A DNA stretch of 42,862 nt from a virus (lineage: Duplodnaviria; Caudoviricetes): the IMG/VR virus record IMGVR_UViG_3300010376_000064, positions 1 through 42,862 of that record. The stretch is one strand, 5' to 3'. Below the pieces are notes generated by a model. It worked only from the letters and a program-made list of their open reading frames with translations. It did not search any database and had not been told where the DNA came from. A program made the translations under genes and the position numbers. This document shows positions 17,256-27,276 of this stretch, piece after piece (the stretch's first letter is position 1; each line of letters opens with the position of its first letter).

Positions 17256-17394
17256 GCCGCCTGAGGCGTGTGCCGGGGTTACTTTGCCGTCCCTTCCTGC
17301 ACACACCTCATAAGCGGCTTTACGGAGAGCGCGGGATTCTGGTGAGGGTCTCCATCTTAGGGGATTGGTCTACCCCACTCACCCGCGCAGCTCC
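17256..17394 (+). other. Two long imperfect RNA hairpins downstream of the capsid gene
   Basis: GCCGC/TGAGG/GTGTGC pair with GCACAC/CCTCA/GCGGC (17256-17318); GGAGAGCGCGGG pairs with CCCGCGCAGCTCC (17324-17394). Confidence 0.55.
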
Positions 17395-17432
17395 ATCTTC
17401 ATCTAAATCCCCGGATCGGTTAACGCCACTTT

Positions 17433-17981
17433 ATGCCACGCGCCAAAGAAGGTAACGGTCCTTTGACCGAGATCCCGCCAGAGTTTCAAAACATGTCTCT
17501 GGAAGAGATGCAACGTCTGATCGCAGCAACTGAGCTACAGGCAAAGATTTTAGACCTTGATCGCGTAAAGGACGATAACGCTCGCCGTCTCGCGCACAAG
17601 GAAGCGGTCGAAAAGCACAACCGACAGATTCAGGCGGATGTCGAAGCGGAGCAGGCTCGCATGCGTTTCGCGCAGTCGGTCTGCAGACATCGACAGGGCG
17701 GAAAGCCGCAGAATATCTATGCTGGCGACGGCAAGGCCTGCATCACGCGCACGCAGATGCTGGACGGTTACACCTGGTTGCTCCAGTGTTTGAGGTGCCG
17801 GATCAAGATCTACACGCCTCATCCGAACCTGAAGAAATCCCACCCAGAAGAGTACGAAAAGCTCAAGGGAATCTATGACCACTTCTGGCAGTTGTCTCTC
17901 GACTCTGGTCTCGACGAAATCAAGGGGCCGAGCTTTCTGTTTGAAAAAGACGGCGTGCCGATCATTCCAGAACGAGTGTGA
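17433..17981 (+). CDS. Hypothetical protein: coiled coil plus Cys/His zinc-binding domain
   Basis: CRHRQGG...CLRC motif; follows the MCP gene. Confidence 0.75.
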   Translation: MPRAKEGNGPLTEIPPEFQNMSLEEMQRLIAATELQAKILDLDRVKDDNARRLAHKEAVEKHNRQIQADVEAEQARMRFAQSVCRHRQGGKPQNIYAGDGKACITRTQMLDGYTWLLQCLRCRIKIYTPHPNLKKSHPEEYEKLKGIYDHFWQLSLDSGLDEIKGPSFLFEKDGVPIIPERV

Positions 17982-17990
17982 GGTAACACC

Positions 17991-18380
17991 ATGCCGAACA
18001 AGAAAAAGGCCGCGAAAAAAGCGGCGAAAAAATCAGTGAAGACGAAAAAGAGGAGCCGCAAGATGTCTGACGACTTTGAAACAACGGAAGGCGAAACCGA
18101 GCAGCAGGACCAGCCTGAGCAGTCCGAGGACACGCCGCCAACCCGCGCCGAGTTCGACGAGCTGAAGGCCCAGGTCGAGGAGATCGTGAGCATACTCGAC
18201 ACCGAATATGGCCTCAGGAAGCCTGTAGAGCCGCCCGTTCCCGAGAAGGCCTCGAAGTCCACGGGAGTGGCTCCTGCGGCTGTAGGGGGCGTTCCCGGGC
18301 CGCCGCAGCCCACTGTACGCGCCGCGCCCACTCCGCTGACGGCTACGGTCAATGCCGTCCATACGATTGCGAGTGTCTAA
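17991..18380 (+). CDS. Hypothetical protein with histone-like KKAAKK N-terminus
   Basis: GAGGT RBS; basic N-terminus, acidic middle, Pro-rich tail; possible internal start at MSDDF after AGGAG. Confidence 0.65.
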   Translation: MPNKKKAAKKAAKKSVKTKKRSRKMSDDFETTEGETEQQDQPEQSEDTPPTRAEFDELKAQVEEIVSILDTEYGLRKPVEPPVPEKASKSTGVAPAAVGGVPGPPQPTVRAAPTPLTATVNAVHTIASV

Positions 18381-18389
18381 GGGGGCGGC

Positions 18390-19370
18390 GTGGGCAATAG
18401 CAGCGTGTCTGTTCAATCGGTGATCGATCACATCGTGACTCAGGGGATTCCATCTCCCCTGAGCCACCCTGCCGGATACGGCACGCAGCTGGCACTCGAC
18501 ATCGGCACCGATGTGATGTCCGATCTCATTTCCAAGCGCTTCAACTGGAAGTGGAATCGCCACCTCGCACCAGCTCTGTATACCAATAGTTGGCAGCAGG
18601 ACTATCCGTATCCCGGGACCGTGAACACCATGGGGTGGCTCGAGAATGCGGACAGGATCGACATCAACAACACCAGCAATCCGAAGCCGCTGAAGCAGAT
18701 CACGGCGCGAAAGGATCTTCCTCTCACCAGCTATTGTCGCGGCCCGGTCAGCGATGTCTGCTGGGTCTACAACTCCGAGATGAAGCTGGGCGCGTGGCCC
18801 GGTGCGGGTGTGACCTACTATCCGCTTGTCACCGGGATCAATCCGGTGAAGCAGAACTCGCCCATGGGGATTCAGATTGGCACCACGATCCTGACCCTGA
18901 AGACATTCGGGACCACGGGAACTGCGGTGCCAGTCATTCCGGCGACGGCCGCGGAGGGCGATCCGATCACAGACGGCACTTGCGTATGGACGGTCTGCGC
19001 TCCCACCTCGAAAGGGTTTCGCGTGTATCCGCTGCCCGGGGCGACGGGACCAGTGTGGCAGGTAATTCCGCGCTATCAGTCGCTGCCGCCGATCATCACC
19101 ACGCTGCAGCAGATGATCGATCCGATTCCCGATGACCAGGCCAAGCACTTCCGCCGTGGCTATCAGGCGTTCTCACTCAGGGCGTCACCGAATCCGCAGG
19201 ACCGCCAGCGCTTTCAGCCTGACTACACCGAGTGGATCGAGACGCTGCTTGCGATCAGAGAAACAGCGGACAAAGAGCTGAACGTGTACGGACTGGTTCC
19301 GGCGACTTTTCCCGTCGACGAAATCTACCCGGGCTGGAGAAACCCCAGAGATCCATCCACGCCGTACTAA
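18390..19370 (+). CDS. Head-tail adaptor / tail tubular A-like protein
   Basis: FNWKWNR motif, position after the head genes, inserted W...DGTCVWT domain. Confidence 0.65.
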   Translation: MGNSSVSVQSVIDHIVTQGIPSPLSHPAGYGTQLALDIGTDVMSDLISKRFNWKWNRHLAPALYTNSWQQDYPYPGTVNTMGWLENADRIDINNTSNPKPLKQITARKDLPLTSYCRGPVSDVCWVYNSEMKLGAWPGAGVTYYPLVTGINPVKQNSPMGIQIGTTILTLKTFGTTGTAVPVIPATAAEGDPITDGTCVWTVCAPTSKGFRVYPLPGATGPVWQVIPRYQSLPPIITTLQQMIDPIPDDQAKHFRRGYQAFSLRASPNPQDRQRFQPDYTEWIETLLAIRETADKELNVYGLVPATFPVDEIYPGWRNPRDPSTPY

Positions 19371-19379
19371 GGAGCCGAT

Positions 19380-20081
19380 GTGGTAAGCATCACGTTGCAA
19401 AATTCGGCAAACTTCGTGCGGCCGATGCTGAAGAACCAGCCGATCAGCGTCATCGGGCAGGAGCCAGGTCTGTTCTGCGCGAATCTCGTTCTGCAGACCG
19501 TAATCGCGCCGCCGCTCAAATGGCCATGGAATCGGCGCACCTTCAATTTCCCCACGGTGATCGGCTCGACTGATTATCCGCAGATAATTCCTGATTTCGG
19601 TTTCATCGAGACGCAATGGCTGGTCGACTCCACGGGCAAGAGTCATGGGCTGAGTGGAGCTACGACGCTGGGCATTGACGTCAATCAAAGCCGTCCAACC
19701 ACACTCGCCGCGCAGTATGACGACAACATGGGCACGATCACCTTTCGCGTGAAGAACACGCCGGATGCGATCTACACCGTGTGGGGCGACTATCAGCGCA
19801 AGCCTGCGCTGCTGACCTCGCCAGCGTCGATGTGGGATGTAGTACCTGATAATTTCGGTCACGTTTACAACCTTGGTTTTCTCACATTTCTGAGCCTGCT
19901 CGTGAATGACTCACGCTTCCCTGTTTACGAGCGCTGGTTTCTGGCTCGCATTCTCGCGCTGCAGGACGGTCTGGATGATCAGGCGCGAGATATCTTCCTG
20001 GCGAACTGGATGCAACAAACGCGCACCATTCAACGCTCACAGAACTCAGTGCAGCAGGGAACTGCCGGGAGAGGTACATAA
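19380..20081 (+). CDS. Second adaptor / tail tubular A-like protein
   Basis: LKWPWNR motif paralogous to 18390; PD..Y....DYQ.K pattern typical of podovirus adaptors. Confidence 0.65.
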   Translation: MVSITLQNSANFVRPMLKNQPISVIGQEPGLFCANLVLQTVIAPPLKWPWNRRTFNFPTVIGSTDYPQIIPDFGFIETQWLVDSTGKSHGLSGATTLGIDVNQSRPTTLAAQYDDNMGTITFRVKNTPDAIYTVWGDYQRKPALLTSPASMWDVVPDNFGHVYNLGFLTFLSLLVNDSRFPVYERWFLARILALQDGLDDQARDIFLANWMQQTRTIQRSQNSVQQGTAGRGT

Positions 20082-23000
20082 TGGCGGGACCACTGGAAGC
20101 CGCTGGTGGAGCGCACGAACCATCGCAGTATGCGCCGCTGTCGATGGACCGCTACGTGACAGGCCTCTGGACCCAGCGCTCACCACTGAGAGATGCAGCG
20201 GTGCCGTACGTCTATGGGAAGTTCTATGGCGCATCGAGATATGACTCGCTGATCGATGGACTGAATCGCGAGATCACCAGCAAGCTCACCTTCAAGCGGC
20301 GGCCAGGTCACAGCATCTTCAACGAGCAGGCCTTTCCGGCGATCCGCAGCTTCTATTCGTTCAAGTTCATGCAGGATGGCGTGCAGTCGGTGCGCGTCAT
20401 TGCCGACAGCGTTGCCACGGGCGAGATCTTCGATGCTACGCCTCCAGTCAAATCGACGATCATGACCAAGAGCGCTGGCGCGGGGCCTGCACGCTTTCTG
20501 GGAGTGGGCAATCAGCTCTACATGGCCGATGGCGTCGACACGATGAAGTGGACGCTGTCGCTGAAGTCATGGAAGGCGAACACCCAGTATGCCGCTGGCG
20601 ATTTCATCGTCGATACGAACGGCAACATCGAGTATGTGTATCCCAACTCGCCAGCCACGGCGACCATCAGCAACCTGCAGATCATAGCCAGTGTCGGTGG
20701 CGGCACGACCTCTTACCTGCTGGTGATCACATGGACCGGAGCCGCGCCGAACTGGGTGGAGAACACGCCCATAAAGTTCGCGGGTCTCACCGGGACGGTA
20801 GAGCTGAACGGTCTGAGCCTGACCTACAACAAGATCGACACGCAGACGCTGTTTGGATTCACGCCCACGGCACAGCAGACGTGTTTCATCTACTACCGGG
20901 GACCGCAGGCTGCGGCGAGCGAGACGGGCACCGGGACGGGCACATCTTCCGACGCTGGCACCAGCGGATCGACGCAGCCGACTTGGCCGACGACGATGGG
21001 TGCAACGACTGTGGACCCGGCAGGCGGCACGCTGGTGTGGACGAACATGGGGCCGAGCCTGAACAAGTGGGGCATTGCTGGTCCGACGACGGCACCCACA
21101 CTGGTTGCAGATCCGGCATGCAGGTTCTGGCAGCCGCTCAAGAATCTGGGCCAGTGGTATTCGATTCTGGATTCCAATGGGAACCTCGAAGTCATCACGG
21201 GCAACAGCAGCGGCAGCGGGTCAGCGATTGTGCCGTCGACCACGATGTCGACGGCGTCTGCTTCTCAGACCTCACCGGGATCGACCACCAATCCCGGCAC
21301 GCCGGCGGGAGGATTTCCCAGCACCCCGGTGACAGGCAATGTGACCATCACCGCTGACATCTCTGGGAACTGGACGTATGCAACGGGCGGCGCTGCAGGC
21401 CAGTTCCAGATCAGCATCGACGGCGGCGTGACCTGGCAGACACCCTTCTACCAGCAGAACAGCAGCGGTAGCTATGGAACCTATGGGTATTCCGCACCCG
21501 GGACCATTGCTGTGGTTTCCGGTCTCACGAATCTGAACACGCTGCAGGTTCGCGCCGTGGCTGTCGCCAGCGCTGGCATGGGCTCGAGTGGCCCGGGCAA
21601 CAGCAACTCATCGGCGATCCTGAACAATCTGCGAGCCACGCTTTCGACCTCTGGCGGATCGACGCCCGGGACGGTCACAGGCACCGGGCAGCCTCCGTGG
21701 GCAGAAATTCTTGGTGGCGCTTCCGTCGACGGAAGTTTTACGTGGACGAACTGCGGCAACGTGAGCGGCACATGGACGGGCAGCACTCCGACGCTGAAGT
21801 TTGAAGCGATCCTCGATGTCAATCAAAACCTGCAGATCGCTACCGTCGCCGGGACCACCGGGACGACAGCGCCCGGTTCGTGGGCAACTGCGCTTGGCGC
21901 AACGACCACTGACGGGGGAGTGACCTGGACAAACGCAGGCCCGGGTGTGGTGCTGGTGAGCGGAGATCTCAGCTATGCGTACTCCTATCACACCGTCGAC
22001 GGATCGATCACCACGCCGTCTCCGATAGCGACGATTCCCAATGGCGTCTTGGGTCCGCCGAATGGGTTCAAGGTGACGCTGACAGGACTGACGCCAGCCG
22101 ATCCGCAGTGCGATCAGATCTTCATCTGGCGCACTGATCAGGGCGGGAACACGCTGGTCTTTCGCGCTGCCATTCCGAATCCCACACCGGGCACGGCAGG
22201 AACGTGGACGTGGACCGATACGGACCCCACCAGTGCAGCGCTGAATCCGCTGATCTCGACGCCGCCGCATGATGTCGCCGCGAATAATCCGCCGCCGTCG
22301 ACAGCGACAGCGCCTGAGTACCATCTGCAGCGAATCTGGATGATCGACGGCAGCAGGCTGGTCTGGAGTGCGGGACCGGATGCAGTCTCGAGCAACGGCA
22401 ACACTGCTTTTCCGGCGACCAACGTGATGCAGTTTCCCGAGACACTCACCCGTCTGGTTTCGGTAGTGACCAAGGAGCCGATGCTGATGATCTTCGGAAC
22501 CGCGAACATCTATGCGGTTCTGGGACTGGGCACGCCGCTGAGTCCGTTCTACCCGATCCGGTACATGAAGAACGTGGGGCTGCTGAACTACGACGCACTC
22601 GAGCTTGTCGGCTCGACCTTCTACGCGTTCACCAACACGCACAAGGGTGCGGAACTGGATCCCGGGGCTGGCTACGTCGAGTTTGGTTTCCCCATCGGCG
22701 ATCAGTTCAAGGTGATGAGCACCGGAGGACAATCGGCCGCGCTCTACGATCCGAAGAAAGCCTATGTGACCTGGCACGAGACGGAGAGCGGCGACACTGG
22801 CCTCTATGTGTGCGACGGATCGGTAGGCTGGTTCCGCTATTCGCCGATAGCGCCACCGGAGAGCGGATTCCTGTGGTCCCCATTTGCCGCTATCGTTGGC
22901 GGCACCAGCGCCGTGCAGAGCGTGGAAGTGGCGACAGGTGAATTCGAGTTGCTCGTGGGTCCAGCTGGCGAGGGACCGATTCTCAAACGCGACACATCGG

Positions 23001-23404
23001 TCTTCAGCGACAAGGGCTTCACCTATGGCGAGGGTCAGTGCTACGGCGTGATCGGCAGCATTGTGCTCTGCCAGAGTGGCGAAGTGGCCGAGATCGCGCA
23101 CATCGAACTGGACTCGATGCGTGTCGGCGACAGGCCACAGGTAGGCATGCTCTACAACGAGATTGCGGAGACCAGCGATATTGACTTCGACGTTCTCGAC
23201 TACACGAGCGTGGATCCGCCGACGCTCGATGAAAGCGAGACCCTGTATTCGGATCGCTATGTGACAAGCCAAGATGGCGTGTGTCCGAAGTGTACGCATT
23301 GCCAGATCCTGATCAACTGGCCCGATCAGCCGGATGGCGATGAGCTGCTGGCGCATGTGATCTACGGAGCCAAATGGGGCGAGAGAAGGGAGCAGCCGGG
23401 ATAA
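20081..23404 (+). CDS. Tail nozzle (tubular B / P22 gp10-like) protein with inserted Trp-rich repeat domains
   Basis: 1107 aa; beta-propeller-like N- and C-terminal parts (IDGLN.E...KRRPG; YHLQRIW...LVWS.GPD); three W..T.Y/F...I.D.NGN...P.W....G.T.DG..TWTN.G units. Confidence 0.7.
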   Translation: MAGPLEAAGGAHEPSQYAPLSMDRYVTGLWTQRSPLRDAAVPYVYGKFYGASRYDSLIDGLNREITSKLTFKRRPGHSIFNEQAFPAIRSFYSFKFMQDGVQSVRVIADSVATGEIFDATPPVKSTIMTKSAGAGPARFLGVGNQLYMADGVDTMKWTLSLKSWKANTQYAAGDFIVDTNGNIEYVYPNSPATATISNLQIIASVGGGTTSYLLVITWTGAAPNWVENTPIKFAGLTGTVELNGLSLTYNKIDTQTLFGFTPTAQQTCFIYYRGPQAAASETGTGTGTSSDAGTSGSTQPTWPTTMGATTVDPAGGTLVWTNMGPSLNKWGIAGPTTAPTLVADPACRFWQPLKNLGQWYSILDSNGNLEVITGNSSGSGSAIVPSTTMSTASASQTSPGSTTNPGTPAGGFPSTPVTGNVTITADISGNWTYATGGAAGQFQISIDGGVTWQTPFYQQNSSGSYGTYGYSAPGTIAVVSGLTNLNTLQVRAVAVASAGMGSSGPGNSNSSAILNNLRATLSTSGGSTPGTVTGTGQPPWAEILGGASVDGSFTWTNCGNVSGTWTGSTPTLKFEAILDVNQNLQIATVAGTTGTTAPGSWATALGATTTDGGVTWTNAGPGVVLVSGDLSYAYSYHTVDGSITTPSPIATIPNGVLGPPNGFKVTLTGLTPADPQCDQIFIWRTDQGGNTLVFRAAIPNPTPGTAGTWTWTDTDPTSAALNPLISTPPHDVAANNPPPSTATAPEYHLQRIWMIDGSRLVWSAGPDAVSSNGNTAFPATNVMQFPETLTRLVSVVTKEPMLMIFGTANIYAVLGLGTPLSPFYPIRYMKNVGLLNYDALELVGSTFYAFTNTHKGAELDPGAGYVEFGFPIGDQFKVMSTGGQSAALYDPKKAYVTWHETESGDTGLYVCDGSVGWFRYSPIAPPESGFLWSPFAAIVGGTSAVQSVEVATGEFELLVGPAGEGPILKRDTSVFSDKGFTYGEGQCYGVIGSIVLCQSGEVAEIAHIELDSMRVGDRPQVGMLYNEIAETSDIDFDVLDYTSVDPPTLDESETLYSDRYVTSQDGVCPKCTHCQILINWPDQPDGDELLAHVIYGAKWGERREQPG

Positions 23405-23631
23405 TGCCGAGTGCCATTCAAGCTCGATCTGTCGACATGTCGAACCTGCGAAGAGTGCAATATCCCGTAGGCAATCCGACTACGCCACCGATGCCGCCGG
23501 AACAACCGATCCATCTGCGCCTGAGTCCGGTGTTCATCACTTCCCTGCCAGCGATATCAACCGATGTCGACGGCATAACCAGACAGTTCTACGGGCGTAC
23601 GGTGCCGACCAGAAGGAGTCTGCTGCCATGA
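23404..23631 (+). CDS. Small Pro-rich hypothetical protein
   Basis: TAATG and ATGA coupling on either side. Confidence 0.6.
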   Translation: MPSAIQARSVDMSNLRRVQYPVGNPTTPPMPPEQPIHLRLSPVFITSLPAISTDVDGITRQFYGRTVPTRRSLLP

Positions 23632-24077
23632 GCGCAACGAGAACGTACCACTTCGATCACTATCTGCTGCGTCCGGTGAACGAAACCGATGCGACCTTCG
23701 CCATAAACTGGACGCTCGAGGATCCACATCACCGGGATCTGACCATGCCCGATTTCTGGCTTGAGCAGACAGGTACTCGAGACAGTTACATATTGCTCGA
23801 CAACGAGGGGCGTGTCTTCTTTTTGAAACTGCACAAGCTGGGCGAGGATGCCGTCGACATCCACATCCAGTTCTCGCCAGACGACTCGCGGCACCAGACG
23901 ATGCGCGTCAGCAAAGCGCTGATGGTGGGACTGGAATGGCTGGAAGAAAAGCTACGCGCCCACGGGATCAGACACCTGTCGTTCGACAGCGCCAGCGACA
24001 GGCTGATTTATTTCGCTATCAAAAAATTAAAGTTCCATTCGACTGAGGACTATCGGCTGGAGAAGGAGATCGCCTGA
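23628..24077 (+). CDS. GNAT-fold-like protein preceding the ejection genes
   Basis: LRPV..TD N-terminus, DIHIQF, LIYFAIKKLKF; this position is typical in podoviruses. Confidence 0.6.
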   Translation: MSATRTYHFDHYLLRPVNETDATFAINWTLEDPHHRDLTMPDFWLEQTGTRDSYILLDNEGRVFFLKLHKLGEDAVDIHIQFSPDDSRHQTMRVSKALMVGLEWLEEKLRAHGIRHLSFDSASDRLIYFAIKKLKFHSTEDYRLEKEIA

Positions 24078-24084
24078 TAAGGCC

Positions 24085-24687
24085 ATGTGCGGAGCCAGTC
24101 AATCACAGAAGGATGTCGAAGCTGCCCAGCAGCAGTTCATGAATGAAGCCATGAAGCAGCAGGAGACATCGTGGGGACAGGATCAGGAGATCCTCAACCA
24201 GATGCGTGCGGTCTATCAGCCCATCTTCGCCAAGGGTCCGTCGCAGGAGGGCTTCTCGCCGCAGCAGAAGGCGCAGCTCAACACCCAGGTCACCGAGGGG
24301 ACCGCTCAGAGCTACGCGCAGGCGGCACAAGCGCTGAACCAATCGCTGGCCGCACAGGGTGGCGGCAACGTCTTCATCCCCAGCGGTGCGACGGCATCGA
24401 TCCGTGCGGGATTGGCTTCCTCTGCCGCTGGCAAGGAAGCATCGCAGCGGCTGGGCATTGCGGGGGCCTCTTGGGAGCAGGGCTACAAGAACTGGCTCCA
24501 GGCGGCGGCTGGCATGGGCGATATGGGGCGCATGGTCGACCCGGTGAACTTCTCCGGTGCGGCCACGAAGGCCAGCGGTGCCGCTGGCGAGACGGCGAAC
24601 CAGATCGCAGAGCAGAACAACAGTTGGGTGAATGCAGCGATAGGAGCAGCAGGGCGCGTGGCGGGAGCAGCGGTAATGATGGCGTGA
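24085..24687 (+). CDS. Ejection / internal virion protein, copy A
   Basis: MCG start; Ala/Gln/Gly-rich helical sequence; hydrophobic Gly/Ala C-terminus. Confidence 0.72.
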   Translation: MCGASQSQKDVEAAQQQFMNEAMKQQETSWGQDQEILNQMRAVYQPIFAKGPSQEGFSPQQKAQLNTQVTEGTAQSYAQAAQALNQSLAAQGGGNVFIPSGATASIRAGLASSAAGKEASQRLGIAGASWEQGYKNWLQAAAGMGDMGRMVDPVNFSGAATKASGAAGETANQIAEQNNSWVNAAIGAAGRVAGAAVMMA

Positions 24688-24691
24688 TCTT

Positions 24692-25381
24692 ATGTGCGGA
24701 GCGAGTCAATCTCAGAAGGACGTAGAGGCTGCCCAGCAGCAGTTCATGGATGAAGCCATGAAGCAGCAGGAGGTCTCGTGGGGCGAGGATCAGGAGATTC
24801 TCAACCAGATGCGTGCGGTCTATCAGCCCATCTTCGCCAAGGGCCCATCGCAGGAAGGCTTCTCGCCGCAGCAGAAGGCGCAGCTCAATACACAGGTCAC
24901 CGAAGGGACCGCGGCCGATTACGCGCAGGCGGCACAGGCGGTCAGCCAGCAACTGGCCGCACAGGGTGGCGGGAACGTCTTCATCCCGAGCGGTGCGACG
25001 GCATCGATTCGCGCCGGGTTGGCTTCTTCTGCCGCTGGCAAGGAAGCATCGCAGCGGCTGGGCATCGCGGGTGCTTCATGGGATCAGGGCTATCAGAACT
25101 GGCTCCAGGCCGCCAAGGGAATGGGAGAAATGGGGCGCATGGTCGACCCGGTGGCGTTCTCCGGTGCCGCGACAGGAGCCAGCAGCGCCGCAGGGACAAC
25201 TGCCAATCAGATCGCGGCGCAGAACAACAGTTGGATCAACGCTGCACTGGGCGCTGCCGGGAACGTGGCTGGCGCGGCTGTGAGCGGTGTTGGTAGCGGC
25301 GGCGGGGCTTATGACCAGGCAGCCGCCGCTGGCGCGGGATCTGTGGACTATAGCGCTGCATTCAGCGGAATGGATATTTAG
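24692..25381 (+). CDS. Ejection / internal virion protein, copy B (tandem paralog)
   Basis: Near-identical to copy A over about 195 aa, with a 29-aa longer C-terminus. Confidence 0.72.
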   Translation: MCGASQSQKDVEAAQQQFMDEAMKQQEVSWGEDQEILNQMRAVYQPIFAKGPSQEGFSPQQKAQLNTQVTEGTAADYAQAAQAVSQQLAAQGGGNVFIPSGATASIRAGLASSAAGKEASQRLGIAGASWDQGYQNWLQAAKGMGEMGRMVDPVAFSGAATGASSAAGTTANQIAAQNNSWINAALGAAGNVAGAAVSGVGSGGGAYDQAAAAGAGSVDYSAAFSGMDI

Positions 25382-25392
25382 GGGTTCGAGTT

Positions 25393-27276
25393 ATGGCAGA
25401 AGAACTGGAAACACCGGATACAGGCACGGCGACGACGCCTCCACCGAGCACTGACTCAGGGCAGGCGATGCCGCCGGATCCGACGCTGAAGACCAGACCT
25501 CCGGTTTCGGCTGGGACCACGACTGCCACGCCATCGACCGCAGCGTGGACTTCCGCAGCCATGCCACCCACGGCATCTTCCGTGGCACCGTCGCAGCCCA
25601 AGGTTATGGTGCCGCTCAAGCGCCATGGCTTTCTGGGCGTCATGGACGAGATGAGCAAGTTCCTGATGGGCACGCAGGGCAGCGAGATCTACATCGATCA
25701 GGCAACCGGGCAGAAGTACTACCAGCCTGTGCCGATGACCTCTGCGCAGAGATGGGCCAAGATCGGCTTAGAAGCCGCTGCAGGGGCCGCGCAGGGTCTG
25801 GCGGCTGGCCGAGGTCATGGACCGGGTGCGGCAGCCGCAGCGGGGATTCAGGGCGGAATAGAGCAGCGTCTGCAGAGCGACAAGCTCAAGACCGAAGAGG
25901 CATGGAAGGAATACGCAGCCCAGCGGCAGGCCAAGCTCGACAAGATGACGCTCGAGACCCAGCAGATGCAGAAGGTCGAGATGCAGATGCGGATCAACGC
26001 TATGCAGCAGACGGCGACCAAGGACATGATCAAGCTCTCTGAGGATGAAGCGGAGAACTACACCAAGATGGGTGGGCATGCCATCCCGGGTCTCTACCAC
26101 TCGACCAACTACCAAGACATCGCCGTGGAGCGACCGGACGTCTGGGACTCGCATTTCGAGCACGCCAATATCATGTCGCGCAACGTCTACGATGCGAACG
26201 GCAAACCCATGGGCGTGCAGTTCTGGGAGATTCCGCAGGACTGGAGGAACCAGCCAGCGCCGCAGGGCTCCCAGTTCCAGCTTTTCGTTCGTGACGATTC
26301 CAAGCAGGGCTATCACAACGAGACGCGCACCATGCCCGAAGGCAGCACGCTGGGAGCCTTGCAGACGGCTCGCGATGCCTACGCCACCGACCTGAGCAAG
26401 TGGACGAAGGAGCAGCAGGAGAAGACCGCGCTGGCCAAGACGCAATTCGAGGTCGAGCATCAGCCGGAAGCATTCAAGACCGAGCAGCACCTGAAACAGG
26501 AGCAGGCCTTTGAAGCGCACGAGAAGGGTGTGGCTGCGAGAGAGGCTGCGGGTGGAGGCGGCGGAAACTTCAACCTGACTGGCGAGGCGTTTCTGGCTAG
26601 CATCCCGCCGCAGTACCAGAACCGTGTGCGCGGGATCGCGGCGGGAAATATCCCGATGCCAGCTGCTGCTCGCGGCGGCAAGGAGAACGTTGCCATCAGC
26701 AACTACGTGATGGGCTACGACCCGGGCTATAGCACGGCACGCTATCAGGGCAAGCAGAACTTCAAGACTGCTGGCGATGCTACGCAGCTTGCAAATCTTA
26801 CGACCTATCTGGGGCACCTCGAGGATCTGAAGCAGGCCTCGAAAGAGCTGGGGACGGCACCGCTCTACAGCCTTGACTGGAGTCAGGCGGCAAGAAAGTA
26901 CAACAACGTGAAGAAGATCTTCACCGAGGAATCAGGCAAGCTGATCGCCAACAAAGCGCTGACCGTGACCGAATATGAAGACCTGAAGAAAGGCCTCGAT
27001 TCGATGTTCCAGGGCAGACGCGATGCAGTCATCGATAACAACGTTCAACTGGTCAGGGATCGCGTGCATTCGGCTGCTCAGAAGTACCAGACCGCCGTGG
27101 GCAGGCCTTTGCCTGTCTATGAATTCTTCGATCAGACTACGCGGGATCGCCTGCAGCGCAACAACGTTATGGATATGCCGACACCGCCGCAAGGTGCGAG
27201 CAGAACCGCACCGGATGAGTACGGGACTTACCACTGGACCGATGACAAAGGAACTGATTTGGGAGTGATCCAATGA
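25393..27276 (+). CDS. Ejection / internal virion protein
   Basis: Pro/Thr-rich N-terminus, GLEAAAGAAQGLAAG glycine-zipper-like segment, coiled coils; position in the ejection cluster. Confidence 0.65.
   Translation: MAEELETPDTGTATTPPPSTDSGQAMPPDPTLKTRPPVSAGTTTATPSTAAWTSAAMPPTASSVAPSQPKVMVPLKRHGFLGVMDEMSKFLMGTQGSEIYIDQATGQKYYQPVPMTSAQRWAKIGLEAAAGAAQGLAAGRGHGPGAAAAAGIQGGIEQRLQSDKLKTEEAWKEYAAQRQAKLDKMTLETQQMQKVEMQMRINAMQQTATKDMIKLSEDEAENYTKMGGHAIPGLYHSTNYQDIAVERPDVWDSHFEHANIMSRNVYDANGKPMGVQFWEIPQDWRNQPAPQGSQFQLFVRDDSKQGYHNETRTMPEGSTLGALQTARDAYATDLSKWTKEQQEKTALAKTQFEVEHQPEAFKTEQHLKQEQAFEAHEKGVAAREAAGGGGGNFNLTGEAFLASIPPQYQNRVRGIAAGNIPMPAAARGGKENVAISNYVMGYDPGYSTARYQGKQNFKTAGDATQLANLTTYLGHLEDLKQASKELGTAPLYSLDWSQAARKYNNVKKIFTEESGKLIANKALTVTEYEDLKKGLDSMFQGRRDAVIDNNVQLVRDRVHSAAQKYQTAVGRPLPVYEFFDQTTRDRLQRNNVMDMPTPPQGASRTAPDEYGTYHWTDDKGTDLGVIQ

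Noticed and set aside
21608-23356. Long - strand ORFs (also 9814-10995, 18033-19148, 25768-26817, 7091-7975, 1286-2230)
   Set aside because: Antisense shadows of GC-rich coding genes with no recognisable motifs.
24085-25381. Diversity-generating retroelement TR/VR pair
   Set aside because: Differences are mostly synonymous and not adenine-specific, both copies are full genes, and no reverse transcriptase is present.
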